A stretch of DNA of 64,000 nt, from the IMG/VR virus record IMGVR_UViG_3300046507_000447, positions 1,903 to 65,902 of that record; one strand, written 5' to 3'. A program made the position numbers and the translations under genes. The number at the start of each line of letters is the position of its first letter. Position 1 is the stretch's first letter. This DNA comes from a virus. Taxonomy: Duplodnaviria > Caudoviricetes. Below, one piece after another: positions 44,940 through 55,718 of the stretch. The notes beneath the pieces are model-generated. The model worked only from the letters and a program-made list of their open reading frames with translations, was not told the origin of the DNA and made no database searches.

Positions 44940-46217
44940 ATGACCGATCAGGCGCAAGAGCATTCAGTTCGCTCGCCGTCGTCAGCGCATCGCTGGCGGC
45001 GGTGCGCCGGATCAATCAATGCCGAACGCGGTCTGCCGGATCGCGTCGGTATCGAGGCCGCCGAGGGCACGCTGTTCCACGAACACGCGGAAGTCTGCGT
45101 TGTCACGGGGCTCGATCCCCAGGCGATGCTTCCTGGCGTCGAATGCGTCGTGAGCGGCCACAAGGTCGTGTATAACGACGAGATGGCGATGCACCTACAA
45201 GGTGGCATCAACTACATTTACAACCGCATGGAGACCGCGACCTGGGAGACGAAAAACCCGGTCCTGATGGTCGAGCAGCGGGTGAAGATCGAGCCCTGGA
45301 CGCTGGAGCCCGGTGGCTTCGGTACGTCCGACCTTTGCATGATCCTGGCGGATGAAAAGCGGATCGTCGTCTTCGATTGGAAGTACGGCTTGATCGCTGT
45401 CAGCCCTTATAAGAACGACCAGCTCATGCTCTACGCCCTGGGCTGCTGGGAGAGCTTGGCGTCCACGCATTTTGCCGGCGTTGATCCGTTCGAGATCGAG
45501 GTCGAGCTGACGATCTGGCAACCACGAGTGCCTGGAGCAGGCGGAACGTGGAAAACCACAATGGGAGACTTGCTTCTTGAGGGTGAACAAATCAAGATCG
45601 ACGCGGCGGCGACATACGAGTTTGATGCGCCGCGAACGCCAGGAACGAAACAGTGTCAATACTGCAAAGCCTCGGCGACTTGCGCGGAGCTTGCGCGCTA
45701 CAATTTGGAGCAGTTCTCACTCAGATTTGACGACATTGACGATAGCCTCGAATACGGGATCGAGCTACCGGACCCGGATATATCGAGCTGGACGCCCGAA
45801 CGCCGTGCCTATGTCCTGCTGCACAAAAAGGTTTTCGAGCGTTGGTTTAAGAAGCTCCATGAGGACGCGCTGGTGGCGTTCTCCCAGGGTCAAGACTATC
45901 CGTTCATGAAGATGGTCACGGGCAAATCTGGCGACCGGTATTACCGGGAAAGCCAGAAGGAAACCGTGATCAAGATCCTCACCGAAGAGTTGAAGGGCAA
46001 GAAGATCTCGCCCGTCATCCACGAGCCGATCAGCCCCGCGCAGGCGCAGAAGGCCCTCGGCAAGAAGAAGTACGATCTGCTCCTAAAGGAGTATGTCGAG
46101 ATACCTCCGGGCAAACCAATCCTGGTCCCCGAAACAGATCCGCGAATTGCCCTCCCGAACCTGGGCGAGCAGTTGGCAGAAGCCCTCAATGGCCTAGAAG
46201 ACGACGGAGACGAATAA
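44940..46217 (+). CDS. DUF2800 Cas4-like exonuclease
   Basis: HS..SPSSAHRW..C.GS; GT..H; GFGTSD; D.KYG; QL.LYA; QPR; C.YC.A...C. Confidence 0.88.
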   Translation: MTDQAQEHSVRSPSSAHRWRRCAGSINAERGLPDRVGIEAAEGTLFHEHAEVCVVTGLDPQAMLPGVECVVSGHKVVYNDEMAMHLQGGINYIYNRMETATWETKNPVLMVEQRVKIEPWTLEPGGFGTSDLCMILADEKRIVVFDWKYGLIAVSPYKNDQLMLYALGCWESLASTHFAGVDPFEIEVELTIWQPRVPGAGGTWKTTMGDLLLEGEQIKIDAAATYEFDAPRTPGTKQCQYCKASATCAELARYNLEQFSLRFDDIDDSLEYGIELPDPDISSWTPERRAYVLLHKKVFERWFKKLHEDALVAFSQGQDYPFMKMVTGKSGDRYYRESQKETVIKILTEELKGKKISPVIHEPISPAQAQKALGKKKYDLLLKEYVEIPPGKPILVPETDPRIALPNLGEQLAEALNGLEDDGDE

Positions 46218-46876
46218 TGGCGAAAGAAAACGACAGCCTCGGGATGGTGACGCTCTTGAACGTGCGTCTCGGTTTCCCGTTCCTATTCCAGCGCGGCGAG
46301 CCCCAGAAGCGCGACGACGGCACGATGACGGAGGGCAACTTCCGCGCCTCGGGCATCATGTACACGACGCCGAAATACGCGGCGCAGACCAAGACAAACC
46401 TCGCCAATCTGAAGAAGGCGCGTCTCGCCGTGATGGCCGCGAAGTTCGGCGAGAACCAAGCCAAATGGCCGAAGATCAAACCGGAAAAGCTTTGCACGCG
46501 CGACGGCAATCTCGAAAATTGGGATGGCTTCCAGGATAGCTGGTATTGCTCTGCAAGCGAGCAGACGCAGCCGCAGCTCTTCAGCCGTGTCCGCGACCCC
46601 AAGAACCCGAAGCTCTGGCTCCCGGCCACCCGCGAGCTGTTGTATGCCGGCTGCATGGTCTCCATGATCGTCCAGCTCTGGGTCCAGGACAACAAGCACG
46701 GCCAGCGCGTCAACGCCAACCTGAAGGCTGTGCAGTTCTTCGCGCATAACGAACACTTCGCTGGCTCGGCTCCTATCGATCCGACCCAGGCCTTCACCGA
46801 AATCGAAGAAGAAGATCCCGGCACGATCGGCGGGGAATTCGGCACGGACGACGATGACGACGACTCCGTAGTTTGA
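46217..46876 (+). CDS. DUF2815 ssDNA-binding protein
   Basis: NVRL.FP.LF; RDG; YAGC.V; L.AVQF; acidic tail. Confidence 0.88.
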   Translation: MAKENDSLGMVTLLNVRLGFPFLFQRGEPQKRDDGTMTEGNFRASGIMYTTPKYAAQTKTNLANLKKARLAVMAAKFGENQAKWPKIKPEKLCTRDGNLENWDGFQDSWYCSASEQTQPQLFSRVRDPKNPKLWLPATRELLYAGCMVSMIVQLWVQDNKHGQRVNANLKAVQFFAHNEHFAGSAPIDPTQAFTEIEEEDPGTIGGEFGTDDDDDDSVV

Positions 46877-46889
46877 TCGGATCTGCGGC

Positions 46890-49115
46890 ATGAGCCTGAT
46901 CGAGCGATACATCACTGCCGTCGCGCAGATAGCCGAACAAGAGGCTATCTCGGACGCCGTAAAGCGAGATCTGGCCCGTGCCGCAAACCGGGCGATCCAG
47001 CTCGGCTCGGCCCTTTATCGTTTCCACCACGACTTCGAAACCTATTGCGACGTCAGCCTGCCGGATGTCGGTGCTGACGCCTATTCGCGCCACCCCTCGC
47101 TCGATCCGCTCATGTGCGCCTATGCGTGCAACGACGAGGAGGTTCTTCAGTGGGTGCCCGCTGAAGGCCAGCGTATGCCGGTCATCCTGCGGGATGCGCT
47201 CCGGGATCCCAAGGCGGTCAAATTCGCCTGGAACAAACCCTTCGAATGGTCGATCTGGGCGAACGCGCTCGGCATCGTGACGCCGCATGAGCAGTGGCGA
47301 GATCCGATGATCCTGGCCTTCTCGCTCTCGCTCCCTGGCTCCCTGGCAAAGGCGGGCGAGGTTGTCGATCTGCCGCCGCACCTGACGAAGATGAAGGACG
47401 GCGCGGCCCTGATCCGCCTGTTCTGCGCGCCGCAGACGCCGTCGAAGAAGAAGCCGTTCACCCGCGCCCTTCCGCATCACTTCCCCGAAAAGTGGGAAAC
47501 GTTCAAGCAGTACAACCGAACGGACGTGGAAGCCGAGCGCGCCATTTATCGCCGCATCCGCAAATACGATATGCCCCAGGAAGAGTGGGAGCTTTGGCAT
47601 ATCGACCAGGAGATCAACCAAGCCGGCATCCCCATCAACATGAACCTCGTGACCAACGCGATCGAGGTCTATGAGACGCTTATTGACGACCGCATTACCC
47701 GGATGCGCGAGATCACCAAGCTTGCAAATCCAAACTCAAACGAGCAGCTTCTCAAATGGCTCCGCGAGTTTGGGTATCCTTTCGAGGATATGAAGAAGGG
47801 TCACATCTCGCGTGCGCTTGAGAAGTTGGATCAACAGTTCAAGGATGGCGAATTCGATGAATACGATGCCCAATCACGTCTGGAGCTGGAACAGGTTCGA
47901 GAAGTCCTCGGGATGCGTCTTGAGGTCTCGGCAGCATCGCCGAAGAAATACTATGCGCTCGATCGCGCGACTGTTGAAGATGGCGACGGTGGATCGGTTC
48001 TTCGCAATGCCTTCCAGTTCAACGGTGCCGGCCGAACATGGCGCTGGGCGGGACGGCTATATCAGGCTCAAAACCTTCCGCGTCCAGACAAGGCGCTGGA
48101 AAAGGGCATTGCGATCCATGTTCGCAACCTAGAATTCCTACGACCGGCTGAGATCGACTTCCTCTACCCGAAGCCGATCAAGCTCCTCCAGGCGGGCCTT
48201 CGCCCCTGCGCGCAGGCCCCCGAGGGTTACACCTTCATCGACGCCGACTTGTCCGCGATTGAGAACCGCGTGCTTGGCTGGATGGCCGGCTGTTCCAAGA
48301 TCTTGCGCGTCTTCCTGGAGAACCGCGACCCCTATATCGACTTCGCCACCTACATGTATGGGATCCCCTACGACGAGCTGATGGCCGACTATAAGGCAGG
48401 GCTCGGGGAACGCCGCCAGACGGCCAAGCCAGGGGTTCTCGGCTGCGGCTACATGCTCGGGGCCGGCCAGCAGCATTACAACCGCGTGACCGCTGAAATG
48501 GAAGCCAACGGCTTGCTCGGCTACGCCTGGGGCATGGGCATTACGTCCTTCACGCCCGAGCAGTCGAAGCTATCGGTCGAGACCTTCCGCCGTGAATTCA
48601 AGGAGGTTGTCGATTTCTGGTATGCGATCGAGCGCGCGGCCAAGCGCTGCGTTCGAACCGGCCAGCCGACATCCTGCCGCATGATCAATTTCGACATGAA
48701 GGCCCCGTTCCTTCGCATGATCCTGCCCTCGGGCCGAGCACTGCATTACTGCCGGCCGAAGCTGGAGATGATCCGCGCGCCCTGGGGCGAGCTGAAGGAG
48801 ACCCTCACCTACGAGGGCCTGAACGACAAGAACCAATGGACCCGCGTCGCCACTCACCCCGGCAAGCTTACAGAGAACGCCGACCAAGCGATGGCCCGAG
48901 ATCTGCTGGCCCACGGCATGCGGCTGGCGAAACGCGAGCATGGCCTGGATCTCCGCATCCATGTACACGATCAGCTCGTCGGCCTGTCGCGGATCGACCG
49001 CGCGGAGGAAGAATTGAAGATCCTGATCCAGTGCATGGAAGTGAACCCGTGGTGGGCGCAGGATCTGCCGCTGGGCTCGAACGGCTTCATCTCTCCGATC
49101 TTCATCAAGAATTGA
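46890..49115 (+). CDS. DNA polymerase, family A
   Basis: DFET exonuclease motif; TWRWAG....QNLPR; DLSAIE.R; K...LGCGY; HVHDQ. Confidence 0.93.
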   Translation: MSLIERYITAVAQIAEQEAISDAVKRDLARAANRAIQLGSALYRFHHDFETYCDVSLPDVGADAYSRHPSLDPLMCAYACNDEEVLQWVPAEGQRMPVILRDALRDPKAVKFAWNKPFEWSIWANALGIVTPHEQWRDPMILAFSLSLPGSLAKAGEVVDLPPHLTKMKDGAALIRLFCAPQTPSKKKPFTRALPHHFPEKWETFKQYNRTDVEAERAIYRRIRKYDMPQEEWELWHIDQEINQAGIPINMNLVTNAIEVYETLIDDRITRMREITKLANPNSNEQLLKWLREFGYPFEDMKKGHISRALEKLDQQFKDGEFDEYDAQSRLELEQVREVLGMRLEVSAASPKKYYALDRATVEDGDGGSVLRNAFQFNGAGRTWRWAGRLYQAQNLPRPDKALEKGIAIHVRNLEFLRPAEIDFLYPKPIKLLQAGLRPCAQAPEGYTFIDADLSAIENRVLGWMAGCSKILRVFLENRDPYIDFATYMYGIPYDELMADYKAGLGERRQTAKPGVLGCGYMLGAGQQHYNRVTAEMEANGLLGYAWGMGITSFTPEQSKLSVETFRREFKEVVDFWYAIERAAKRCVRTGQPTSCRMINFDMKAPFLRMILPSGRALHYCRPKLEMIRAPWGELKETLTYEGLNDKNQWTRVATHPGKLTENADQAMARDLLAHGMRLAKREHGLDLRIHVHDQLVGLSRIDRAEEELKILIQCMEVNPWWAQDLPLGSNGFISPIFIKN

Positions 49116-49118
49116 CCC

Positions 49119-49418
49119 ATGGCCGAGAACCAGATCGAAAAGTCCGTCGTCGCCCTGGCCGAAAAAGCCGGCTGGTTCGTGCGCAAGCTCGAATGGCAGG
49201 GCAACCGCAATGCGCCCGATCGGATCTTCATCAAAGGCGGCAGGGTCGTCTTCATCGAATTCAAGGATCGCGGTGAAGAGGCTCGCCTCACACAGGAAGA
49301 CGAGATCGCCGACATGGTCGCACACGGCGCGGAGGTCCATGTCTGCGACGGCATCGGCAAGGCCTGTCGCGTCCTTGGCATCCCGTTCGTCGTTGACCCC
49401 TTGAGGCCCCACTACTGA
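49119..49418 (+). CDS. VRR-NUC nuclease
   Basis: E..IE...PDR......FIEFK.....Q. Confidence 0.88.
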   Translation: MAENQIEKSVVALAEKAGWFVRKLEWQGNRNAPDRIFIKGGRVVFIEFKDRGEEARLTQEDEIADMVAHGAEVHVCDGIGKACRVLGIPFVVDPLRPHY

Positions 49419-50947
49419 TGCCGCAGACACACATCCCGACCAAACATCGCGGCGACCCGATTGCCTGCGCTGCGCTCTACGGCAAGAACTGGCGGCGGCC
49501 GAAGCTGCTGGCCGATGTCGAAGCGCTGGAATTCCTCTACGGGCCGACGGAAAACCGGCTGAACTACAAGCATGTGCGCGACTACCAGTGGTGGATGTAT
49601 AACGCCATCATGAACCACGAGGCGGTCTTCCTCGGCGCGGAGATGGGCCTGGGCAAGACCGGCGCGACGCTGATGGCGATTGTCGAGCTGCTGGAATATG
49701 GCGGCGTCAGCAAGGTGCTGATCGTCGCGCCTCTCCGCGTGGCCGAGAACACATGGCCGGAAGAGATCGCCAAATGGGATTTCGCGCGGCATCTCAGCTA
49801 TTCGGTGATCTCGGGGGACGAGGACGAGCGGATCGCCGCCTGCATGATGAAGGCCCAGGTCTACATCATCAACCGCGAGAACCTGCCCTGGCTCCAGAAG
49901 CATCTCATCGGTCGCGCCTGGAATTTCGACATGCTGGTCTACGACGAGGCCAGCCGCTTGAAGGCCGGCAGCAAGAAGACGGAGTCGAAGCGGATCTCGG
50001 AATTCGGCGTGCTCTCGCGCATGCGCTTCACCTTCAAGAAGGTCGTGCTCCTCTCGGGAACGCCGGCCCCGAACGGGCTCATCGATCTCTGGGGGCCGAT
50101 CTACATCTGCGACAAGGGCAGGCGGCTCGGAAGCTCGATCACGGCCTATCGCGATCGCTGGTTCCGCAAGGACGAATACGCGAACAAATATGAGCCCTTT
50201 GACCACTCGCAGCGCGAGATCATGGGCAGCATCAACGACATCTTCTACTCTCTGCGCGAGAGCGACTACCTAAAGCTTCCGCCGCTCATGATGCGCGACC
50301 ACAAGGTCACTCTGCCGCCAAAGGCCATGGAGATCTATAAGCGCATGGAGCGGGACATGATCCTGCGCGAGTTGAATGTGGAAGCTGTGAACAACGGGGT
50401 CCTAACCAACAAACTGTTGCAGCTAGCCAACGGCTCGTTGTATTTGGACGATAAGACGGCGCATCCGATCCACGACGCGAAGCTGGACGCGCTCGACAGC
50501 ATTATGATGGAGGCCTACGGCAAGCCCGTGCTGCTGGCCTACAGCTACAAGTTTGACCTGGAGAAGATCAAGAAGCGATATCCCTTCGCCAGGATCTACG
50601 GCGACAGCCCCAACGATAACCGCGACTGGAATGCCGGCAAGATCAAGCTGCTGATTACCCACCCAGCCAGCGCCGGCCACGGGCTCAATTTCCAGCATGG
50701 CGGAAATATCGCGGTCTGGTATGGCCTGACATGGTCGCTGGAGCTTTATTTGCAGTTCCGCAAGCGGCTGCATCGGTCGGGGCAGAAAGCCGATCATGTC
50801 ATGATGCATCGCATCCTGGCGGCCAACACGGTGGATATGAATTTGGTGAAGGCTCTCGATCGAAAGGGCGTCACTCAGGACGGTATAACGGACACGGTTC
50901 GCGTGCGAATTGAACAGGTGCAGCAGCAATGGAAAATGGCGGCATAG
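49418..50947 (+). CDS. SNF2-like helicase
   Basis: MGLGKT, DEAS, LSGTP, HPASAGHGLN.Q, RLHRSGQ. Confidence 0.92.
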   Translation: MPQTHIPTKHRGDPIACAALYGKNWRRPKLLADVEALEFLYGPTENRLNYKHVRDYQWWMYNAIMNHEAVFLGAEMGLGKTGATLMAIVELLEYGGVSKVLIVAPLRVAENTWPEEIAKWDFARHLSYSVISGDEDERIAACMMKAQVYIINRENLPWLQKHLIGRAWNFDMLVYDEASRLKAGSKKTESKRISEFGVLSRMRFTFKKVVLLSGTPAPNGLIDLWGPIYICDKGRRLGSSITAYRDRWFRKDEYANKYEPFDHSQREIMGSINDIFYSLRESDYLKLPPLMMRDHKVTLPPKAMEIYKRMERDMILRELNVEAVNNGVLTNKLLQLANGSLYLDDKTAHPIHDAKLDALDSIMMEAYGKPVLLAYSYKFDLEKIKKRYPFARIYGDSPNDNRDWNAGKIKLLITHPASAGHGLNFQHGGNIAVWYGLTWSLELYLQFRKRLHRSGQKADHVMMHRILAANTVDMNLVKALDRKGVTQDGITDTVRVRIEQVQQQWKMAA

Positions 50948-51633
50948 ATCAGGCGACGACCGACACGGCGCGCAAGCGTCGCGAGGCCCGGAAGCGGGAC
51001 GCCCAGAGAAACGCAAAGACGCTCGGCCAGGACAAGGAGAGCGGTTACGACGGCAACGTCTCGGCCGGCGTCGTCGTCAAGGGCGTAACGATTACCTGGC
51101 TCGCGGCGGTCTTCAACATGGACATTCGCCGGGTGAATTTGCTCATGCGCGAGTGCCCGCCCCTGACACGCGGGATCAGCAAGCAAGGCGGCTATGTCTA
51201 TGATATCGCCATCGCCGCGTCCTATCTCGTGACGCCTCGGGTGAACGTGTCGGAGTATGTGAAGAACATGCGCCCGGAAGACATGCCCACGAAATTCCAG
51301 GAAGGTTTCTGGTCGGCGCAGATCAAGAAACAGACCTGGATGACCAAGGCGAAAATGCTCTGGCATACGATCGACGTCACCCGGAAATTCTCCGAAACAT
51401 TCCTCAAGGTCAACAACTCGATCGAGGGATGGGAAGAGGAAATCGAGAAGCGCGCGCTGCTGCCGGAAGATGTCCGGAAAGCCCTCAATTTCGAGACGCG
51501 ACGCCTGAAAGCGCTGATCTTCAAGGAGATCGCCGAGATGGGCAAAGAGACGCCGCCACAAACCTCAGAACTGATCGACGTGATCCTGGATACCGCGAAT
51601 GACCCTACAAACGACATCAACGAAGTGGTTTGA
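50929..51633 (+). CDS. terS: Terminase small subunit
   Basis: HTH-like segment, FW.A motif, immediately before TerL. Confidence 0.8.
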   Translation: MENGGIDQATTDTARKRREARKRDAQRNAKTLGQDKESGYDGNVSAGVVVKGVTITWLAAVFNMDIRRVNLLMRECPPLTRGISKQGGYVYDIAIAASYLVTPRVNVSEYVKNMRPEDMPTKFQEGFWSAQIKKQTWMTKAKMLWHTIDVTRKFSETFLKVNNSIEGWEEEIEKRALLPEDVRKALNFETRRLKALIFKEIAEMGKETPPQTSELIDVILDTANDPTNDINEVV

Positions 51634-53776
51634 CGAAGCCGCGCCCTTCGACGCCTACCTGGAAGATATCATCGCGCGCGCGGCGGAAAGCGTCAGCCCG
51701 AAAGAGGATCTGAACGTTGCCCAGGCGGCCGAGCGCTACCGCATCATGGTCGGCGGCGGCGTCGAAGGTGAATGGGATAATCGAGAGACCCCCTATCTCG
51801 TAGAGCCCATGGAGGAGATGACCAATCGCCTCTATGAGAGCGTCATCTTTGTCGGCCCCTCGCAGTGCGGCAAGACCGAGCTTTTCCTGAACTGGCTCAC
51901 CTGGACCGTCATGTGCAGCCCCGCCGACATGATGCTGGTCCAGACGGCCATGGCGACCGCGCGCGACTTCTCGATGCGCCGTATCGACCGCATGCACAAA
52001 GCGTCGAAGGACGTCGGCAACAAGGTGCTGGTCGATAACACCTACGACAAGCAATATGCGAGCGGCATGATCTGCCAAGTCTCCTGGCCCTCCAGCAACG
52101 AGCTTTCCGGCAAGCCGATCCCACGCGTGTTCGAGACCGACTACGACCGTATGACCCAGGACGTGGACGGCGAAGGAACGCCCTATGTCCTCGGCAAGGC
52201 CCGTATCACCTCCTTCAAGAAGCGCGGCAAGATCGTCGTGGAGTCGTCGCCCGGTTTCCCGATCAAGGATCCGCAGTGGACGCGGCGCGGCCACGAGGCG
52301 CCCCCGGCTGAAGGGATCCTCTCGCTCTACAACGCGGGCGATCGGCGGCGCTGGTATTGGCGCTGCGTTCGCTCGACCTGCCGCAAGACATTCGAGCCGA
52401 CCTGGGAGCTGATGGAATACCCAGACAGCGAGGATCCGCTGGAAGCCGGCGAGATGGCGCGGCTGCGTTGCCCGCATTGCAATCTCAAATACTCGCACGA
52501 CTTCTCGAACGACGCTCCTGGCAAGTCCGAGATGAACGCGGAGCACGCGCGCTGGATCAAGGAAGGCCAGCTCTGGATGCCGAACGGCTCGATCACGGGC
52601 GAGGCACGGCGCGCCAACTCGGCGAGCTTCTTCCTGGAGGGCGTGTGCGCGGCTTTCGCGAAATGGTCCAACCTCGTGATCGACTATCGAGCAGCGCAGA
52701 AGACGCTCGCCGAGACTGGATCCGAGGAGGAGCTGAAGACCGTCACCAACACCAAGCTCGGGCGCGGCTACCTACCCCAGGCGCAGGCGCAGGCCCGCCT
52801 TGCAGACGAGATCGCCAAGCGCGCCAGCACGGATTGGGGTGAGAAGGTCGTGCCGTTCGGCGCGCGCTTCCTGGTCGCCACGATCGATGCGCAGACCAAC
52901 CGTTTCGAGGTCATGATCACAGCGGTCGGCGCGGAAGACGTCTGGATCATCGACCGTTTCCCGATCAAGTATTCGAAGCGCGAGGATCCGGCGAAGGCTG
53001 GCCAGTTCCTGCCGATCGACCCCGGCGCGAACCCCGAGGATTGGCGGCATATCCTCTACGAGGTCATGCAACAGAGTTACCCTCTCCAGGGCGACGAGAC
53101 CCGGCACATGTCGATCTACATGACCTTCTGCGACAGCGCCGGTAAGGAAGGCTTCACCCGAAATGCTTATTCGTTCTACCGCTGGCTCGGCCAGGGTTAC
53201 AGCGACAGGTCCGAGGTCGTCACGAAAGAGCAGCAAGAGCTTTACCCGTGGCAGGGTGGATTCCAGCAGCACTTCCAATTGACCAAGGGTGAGAGCACGC
53301 CGAGCGCCGCTTCGGTCAAGATCACCTATCCGGATGCTCAGCGTAAGGACCGTTTCGCGGGCGCTCGCGGTGACGTCCCGGTCATGTTCATCAACACGAC
53401 GACGATGAAGAACCATGTGGACGGCGTGCTCAATCGCCTGGAGACGGGCGGCCGGGTGAACTTCCCGAAATGGCTCCCGCACTATGTCTACAAGGAGTTG
53501 ACCACGGAAACCAAGAACCCGAAAACCGGGCTCTGGGAAAATCTGACGGGGCATCGCAACGAATCGTGGGATTTGTTAGTGTATTTGTATGCGGGCCTCT
53601 TGCACCCCAGAATTCATTGGGAGCATATCCCTTGGGATGATCCGGACCCGTTCGCGGCAGATTGGGCTAACAACTCATTCGTTTACAGTATCGAGACGGA
53701 AGTGACCCCGTTCGAAGAAGCCGCCAGAGACGACGACGGTGATCTGGAAGAACTTGGCCGCATGCTGAACGACTAG
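51599..53776 (+). CDS. terL: Terminase large subunit (lambda gpA family)
   Basis: TPYL.EPM; Q.GKTE; ESSP; GDRRRW...C; NE.WD..VY. Confidence 0.93.
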   Translation: MTLQTTSTKWFDEAAPFDAYLEDIIARAAESVSPKEDLNVAQAAERYRIMVGGGVEGEWDNRETPYLVEPMEEMTNRLYESVIFVGPSQCGKTELFLNWLTWTVMCSPADMMLVQTAMATARDFSMRRIDRMHKASKDVGNKVLVDNTYDKQYASGMICQVSWPSSNELSGKPIPRVFETDYDRMTQDVDGEGTPYVLGKARITSFKKRGKIVVESSPGFPIKDPQWTRRGHEAPPAEGILSLYNAGDRRRWYWRCVRSTCRKTFEPTWELMEYPDSEDPLEAGEMARLRCPHCNLKYSHDFSNDAPGKSEMNAEHARWIKEGQLWMPNGSITGEARRANSASFFLEGVCAAFAKWSNLVIDYRAAQKTLAETGSEEELKTVTNTKLGRGYLPQAQAQARLADEIAKRASTDWGEKVVPFGARFLVATIDAQTNRFEVMITAVGAEDVWIIDRFPIKYSKREDPAKAGQFLPIDPGANPEDWRHILYEVMQQSYPLQGDETRHMSIYMTFCDSAGKEGFTRNAYSFYRWLGQGYSDRSEVVTKEQQELYPWQGGFQQHFQLTKGESTPSAASVKITYPDAQRKDRFAGARGDVPVMFINTTTMKNHVDGVLNRLETGGRVNFPKWLPHYVYKELTTETKNPKTGLWENLTGHRNESWDLLVYLYAGLLHPRIHWEHIPWDDPDPFAADWANNSFVYSIETEVTPFEEAARDDDGDLEELGRMLND

Positions 53777-53784
53777 GAGCTTGG

Positions 53785-54018
53785 ATGACCTGCCTTACAG
53801 CCGACGAACGGACCCAACTGACAAAGTGGCTGACCGAGGCGAGACAAGCCTATCACAACGTCAGCATCGGCGGCATGGCCCGCGTGTTTGTTGACCAGAC
53901 CGGCGAGCGCGTCGAATACGGCCCGACCAACGCGGCCCAGCTCGCCAAGTACATTTTCACATTGGAAGTCCGTCTAGGGCTCGCAGACACGGGGCCGGCT
54001 ACGACATGGATGGTATGA
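53785..54018 (+). CDS. gpW-like head-tail joining protein
   Basis: L.EA..AYH....GG....DQ.GERVEY...N...L..YI..LE. Confidence 0.85.
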   Translation: MTCLTADERTQLTKWLTEARQAYHNVSIGGMARVFVDQTGERVEYGPTNAAQLAKYIFTLEVRLGLADTGPATTWMV

Positions 54019-55718
54019 TGGATCGGGATATTCAAGCGGAGATCGACGCGGATATCCGCGATGTCGTCGGCACGGTTCCAGGGCAAGGCCAGGACATGGC
54101 AATCGGCGGCGCCTATGAAGGGGCCAGCCAGTTTGACCAGTGGCTCGCGACCTGGGAAGCGTCCACGGCGTCGGCCGACGTTGACATGCTCGGCACGAAA
54201 CAGATGGCCGATGCGCGCTCGCGCGACGTCCTGCGCAATGACGGCTACATCCAGTCGGGCGCGAACATCACCAAGGACAACATCGTCGGCGCGTCCTATC
54301 TGCTGAACGCGAAGCCGAATTCCGAAGTACTCGGCCTGGACGAGGTCTGGGAAGAAGAATTCCAGCAGGAGGTCGAAGCCAAGTTCACTCTGGCCGCCGA
54401 GAGCCCGCGCTGCTGGTTTGACCGCTCGCGCAGCAAGACCTTTACCGGCATGATCCGTTTGGCCGTCGGCATCTACACCTATGCGGGCGAGATCCTGGCG
54501 ACGTCCGATTGGGTCCGCAACGATCGCACGCGGCCCTTCAAGACGGCGGTCCAGATGATCGACCTTGATCGGCTCGCGAACCCGTGGTCCTCGCCCGATG
54601 TCATGGGCTACGGCGTCTATGATGGCCGGATCGTCCGTGGCGGCGTCCACCAGGACAAGTTCGGCGCGCCCATCGGCTACTATATCCGCAACGCGCATCC
54701 GTCGGAATTCGACCGGTACGCCGACATCAACGACTTCACTTATGTCCCGGTGAGCAAGCCCTGGGGCCGCCTCCAGGTCATGCACCTGAAGGAAGAAGTT
54801 CGCGCCGGCCAGACCCGCGCGGTCGCCGATGTCGTCGCCGGCCTGAAGACGATCAAGATCACCAGCAAGTTCCGTGACCTGACGCTGCAACAGGCGGCAG
54901 TCAACGCGATGATCGCGGCCTCGATCGAGTCCGACCTGCCCCCGGAAGCGGCGTTCGCAGCGCTGGGCGGCGGCAAGGTCACGTCGCCGGGTGAGGTCGT
55001 CGGCAAATACGGCCGGGAATATCTTGAGGCGATCACCAAGTTCGTCGGCAAGCGCGGCATAACTGTCGACAACGTGAAGATCCCTCACTTCTTCCCAGGC
55101 ACGCGCCTGAACCTGCGCAACTCGGGCGCGCCCGGTGGCGTCGGCCAGGAATTCGAGCAATCCCTTCTTCGCCACACGGCGGCGATCCTGGGCGTCTCCT
55201 ACGAGCAGCTTTCGAAGGACTATTCGAAGACCAACTATTCCTCCGCTCGCGCCGGTTTCAACGAGACGTGGAAGTTCATGCAGGGCCGTAAGAAGCTCGT
55301 CGCCGACCGGTTCGCCACCAACATTTACATGCTCTGGTTCGAAGAGATGATGAATGCCGGCGAGATCGAGGCCATGAAATATTCCAAGGCCCCGAACTAT
55401 TACGAGGGCATCAACGCGGAAGCCTACACCTCGTGCGATTGGATCGGCGCTGCTCGCGGCCAGATCGATGAGCTGAAGGAAACCCAGGCCGCCGTGCTCC
55501 GTATCAAGTTCGGCCTCGGCACGCATGAGGACGAGCTGGCGAAGATGGGCAAGGACTGGCGCAAGGTCTATAAGCAGCTCGAACGCGAGCAGAAGGAACG
55601 TGACGCTCGCGGCATCGTTCTCCAGGAGGACAACTCCGTAAACGCAGCGTCCGGTTCGCCTCGCGAGCAGGACAAACAGAATTCAGACGGAGCCGATGCC
55701 AATGCCCTCGCCGCTTAA
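54006..55718 (+). CDS. Portal protein, lambda family
   Basis: ARSRD..RND; GQTRAV; G.SYEQLS.DYS..NYSSAR; ID.LKE. Confidence 0.93.
   Translation: MDGMMDRDIQAEIDADIRDVVGTVPGQGQDMAIGGAYEGASQFDQWLATWEASTASADVDMLGTKQMADARSRDVLRNDGYIQSGANITKDNIVGASYLLNAKPNSEVLGLDEVWEEEFQQEVEAKFTLAAESPRCWFDRSRSKTFTGMIRLAVGIYTYAGEILATSDWVRNDRTRPFKTAVQMIDLDRLANPWSSPDVMGYGVYDGRIVRGGVHQDKFGAPIGYYIRNAHPSEFDRYADINDFTYVPVSKPWGRLQVMHLKEEVRAGQTRAVADVVAGLKTIKITSKFRDLTLQQAAVNAMIAASIESDLPPEAAFAALGGGKVTSPGEVVGKYGREYLEAITKFVGKRGITVDNVKIPHFFPGTRLNLRNSGAPGGVGQEFEQSLLRHTAAILGVSYEQLSKDYSKTNYSSARAGFNETWKFMQGRKKLVADRFATNIYMLWFEEMMNAGEIEAMKYSKAPNYYEGINAEAYTSCDWIGAARGQIDELKETQAAVLRIKFGLGTHEDELAKMGKDWRKVYKQLEREQKERDARGIVLQEDNSVNAASGSPREQDKQNSDGADANALAA

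Noticed and set aside
44940-46217. Cas4-like nuclease as evidence of a CRISPR-Cas system
   Set aside because: It is the DUF2800 replication-module nuclease usual in these phages; no other cas genes or repeat-spacer array were seen
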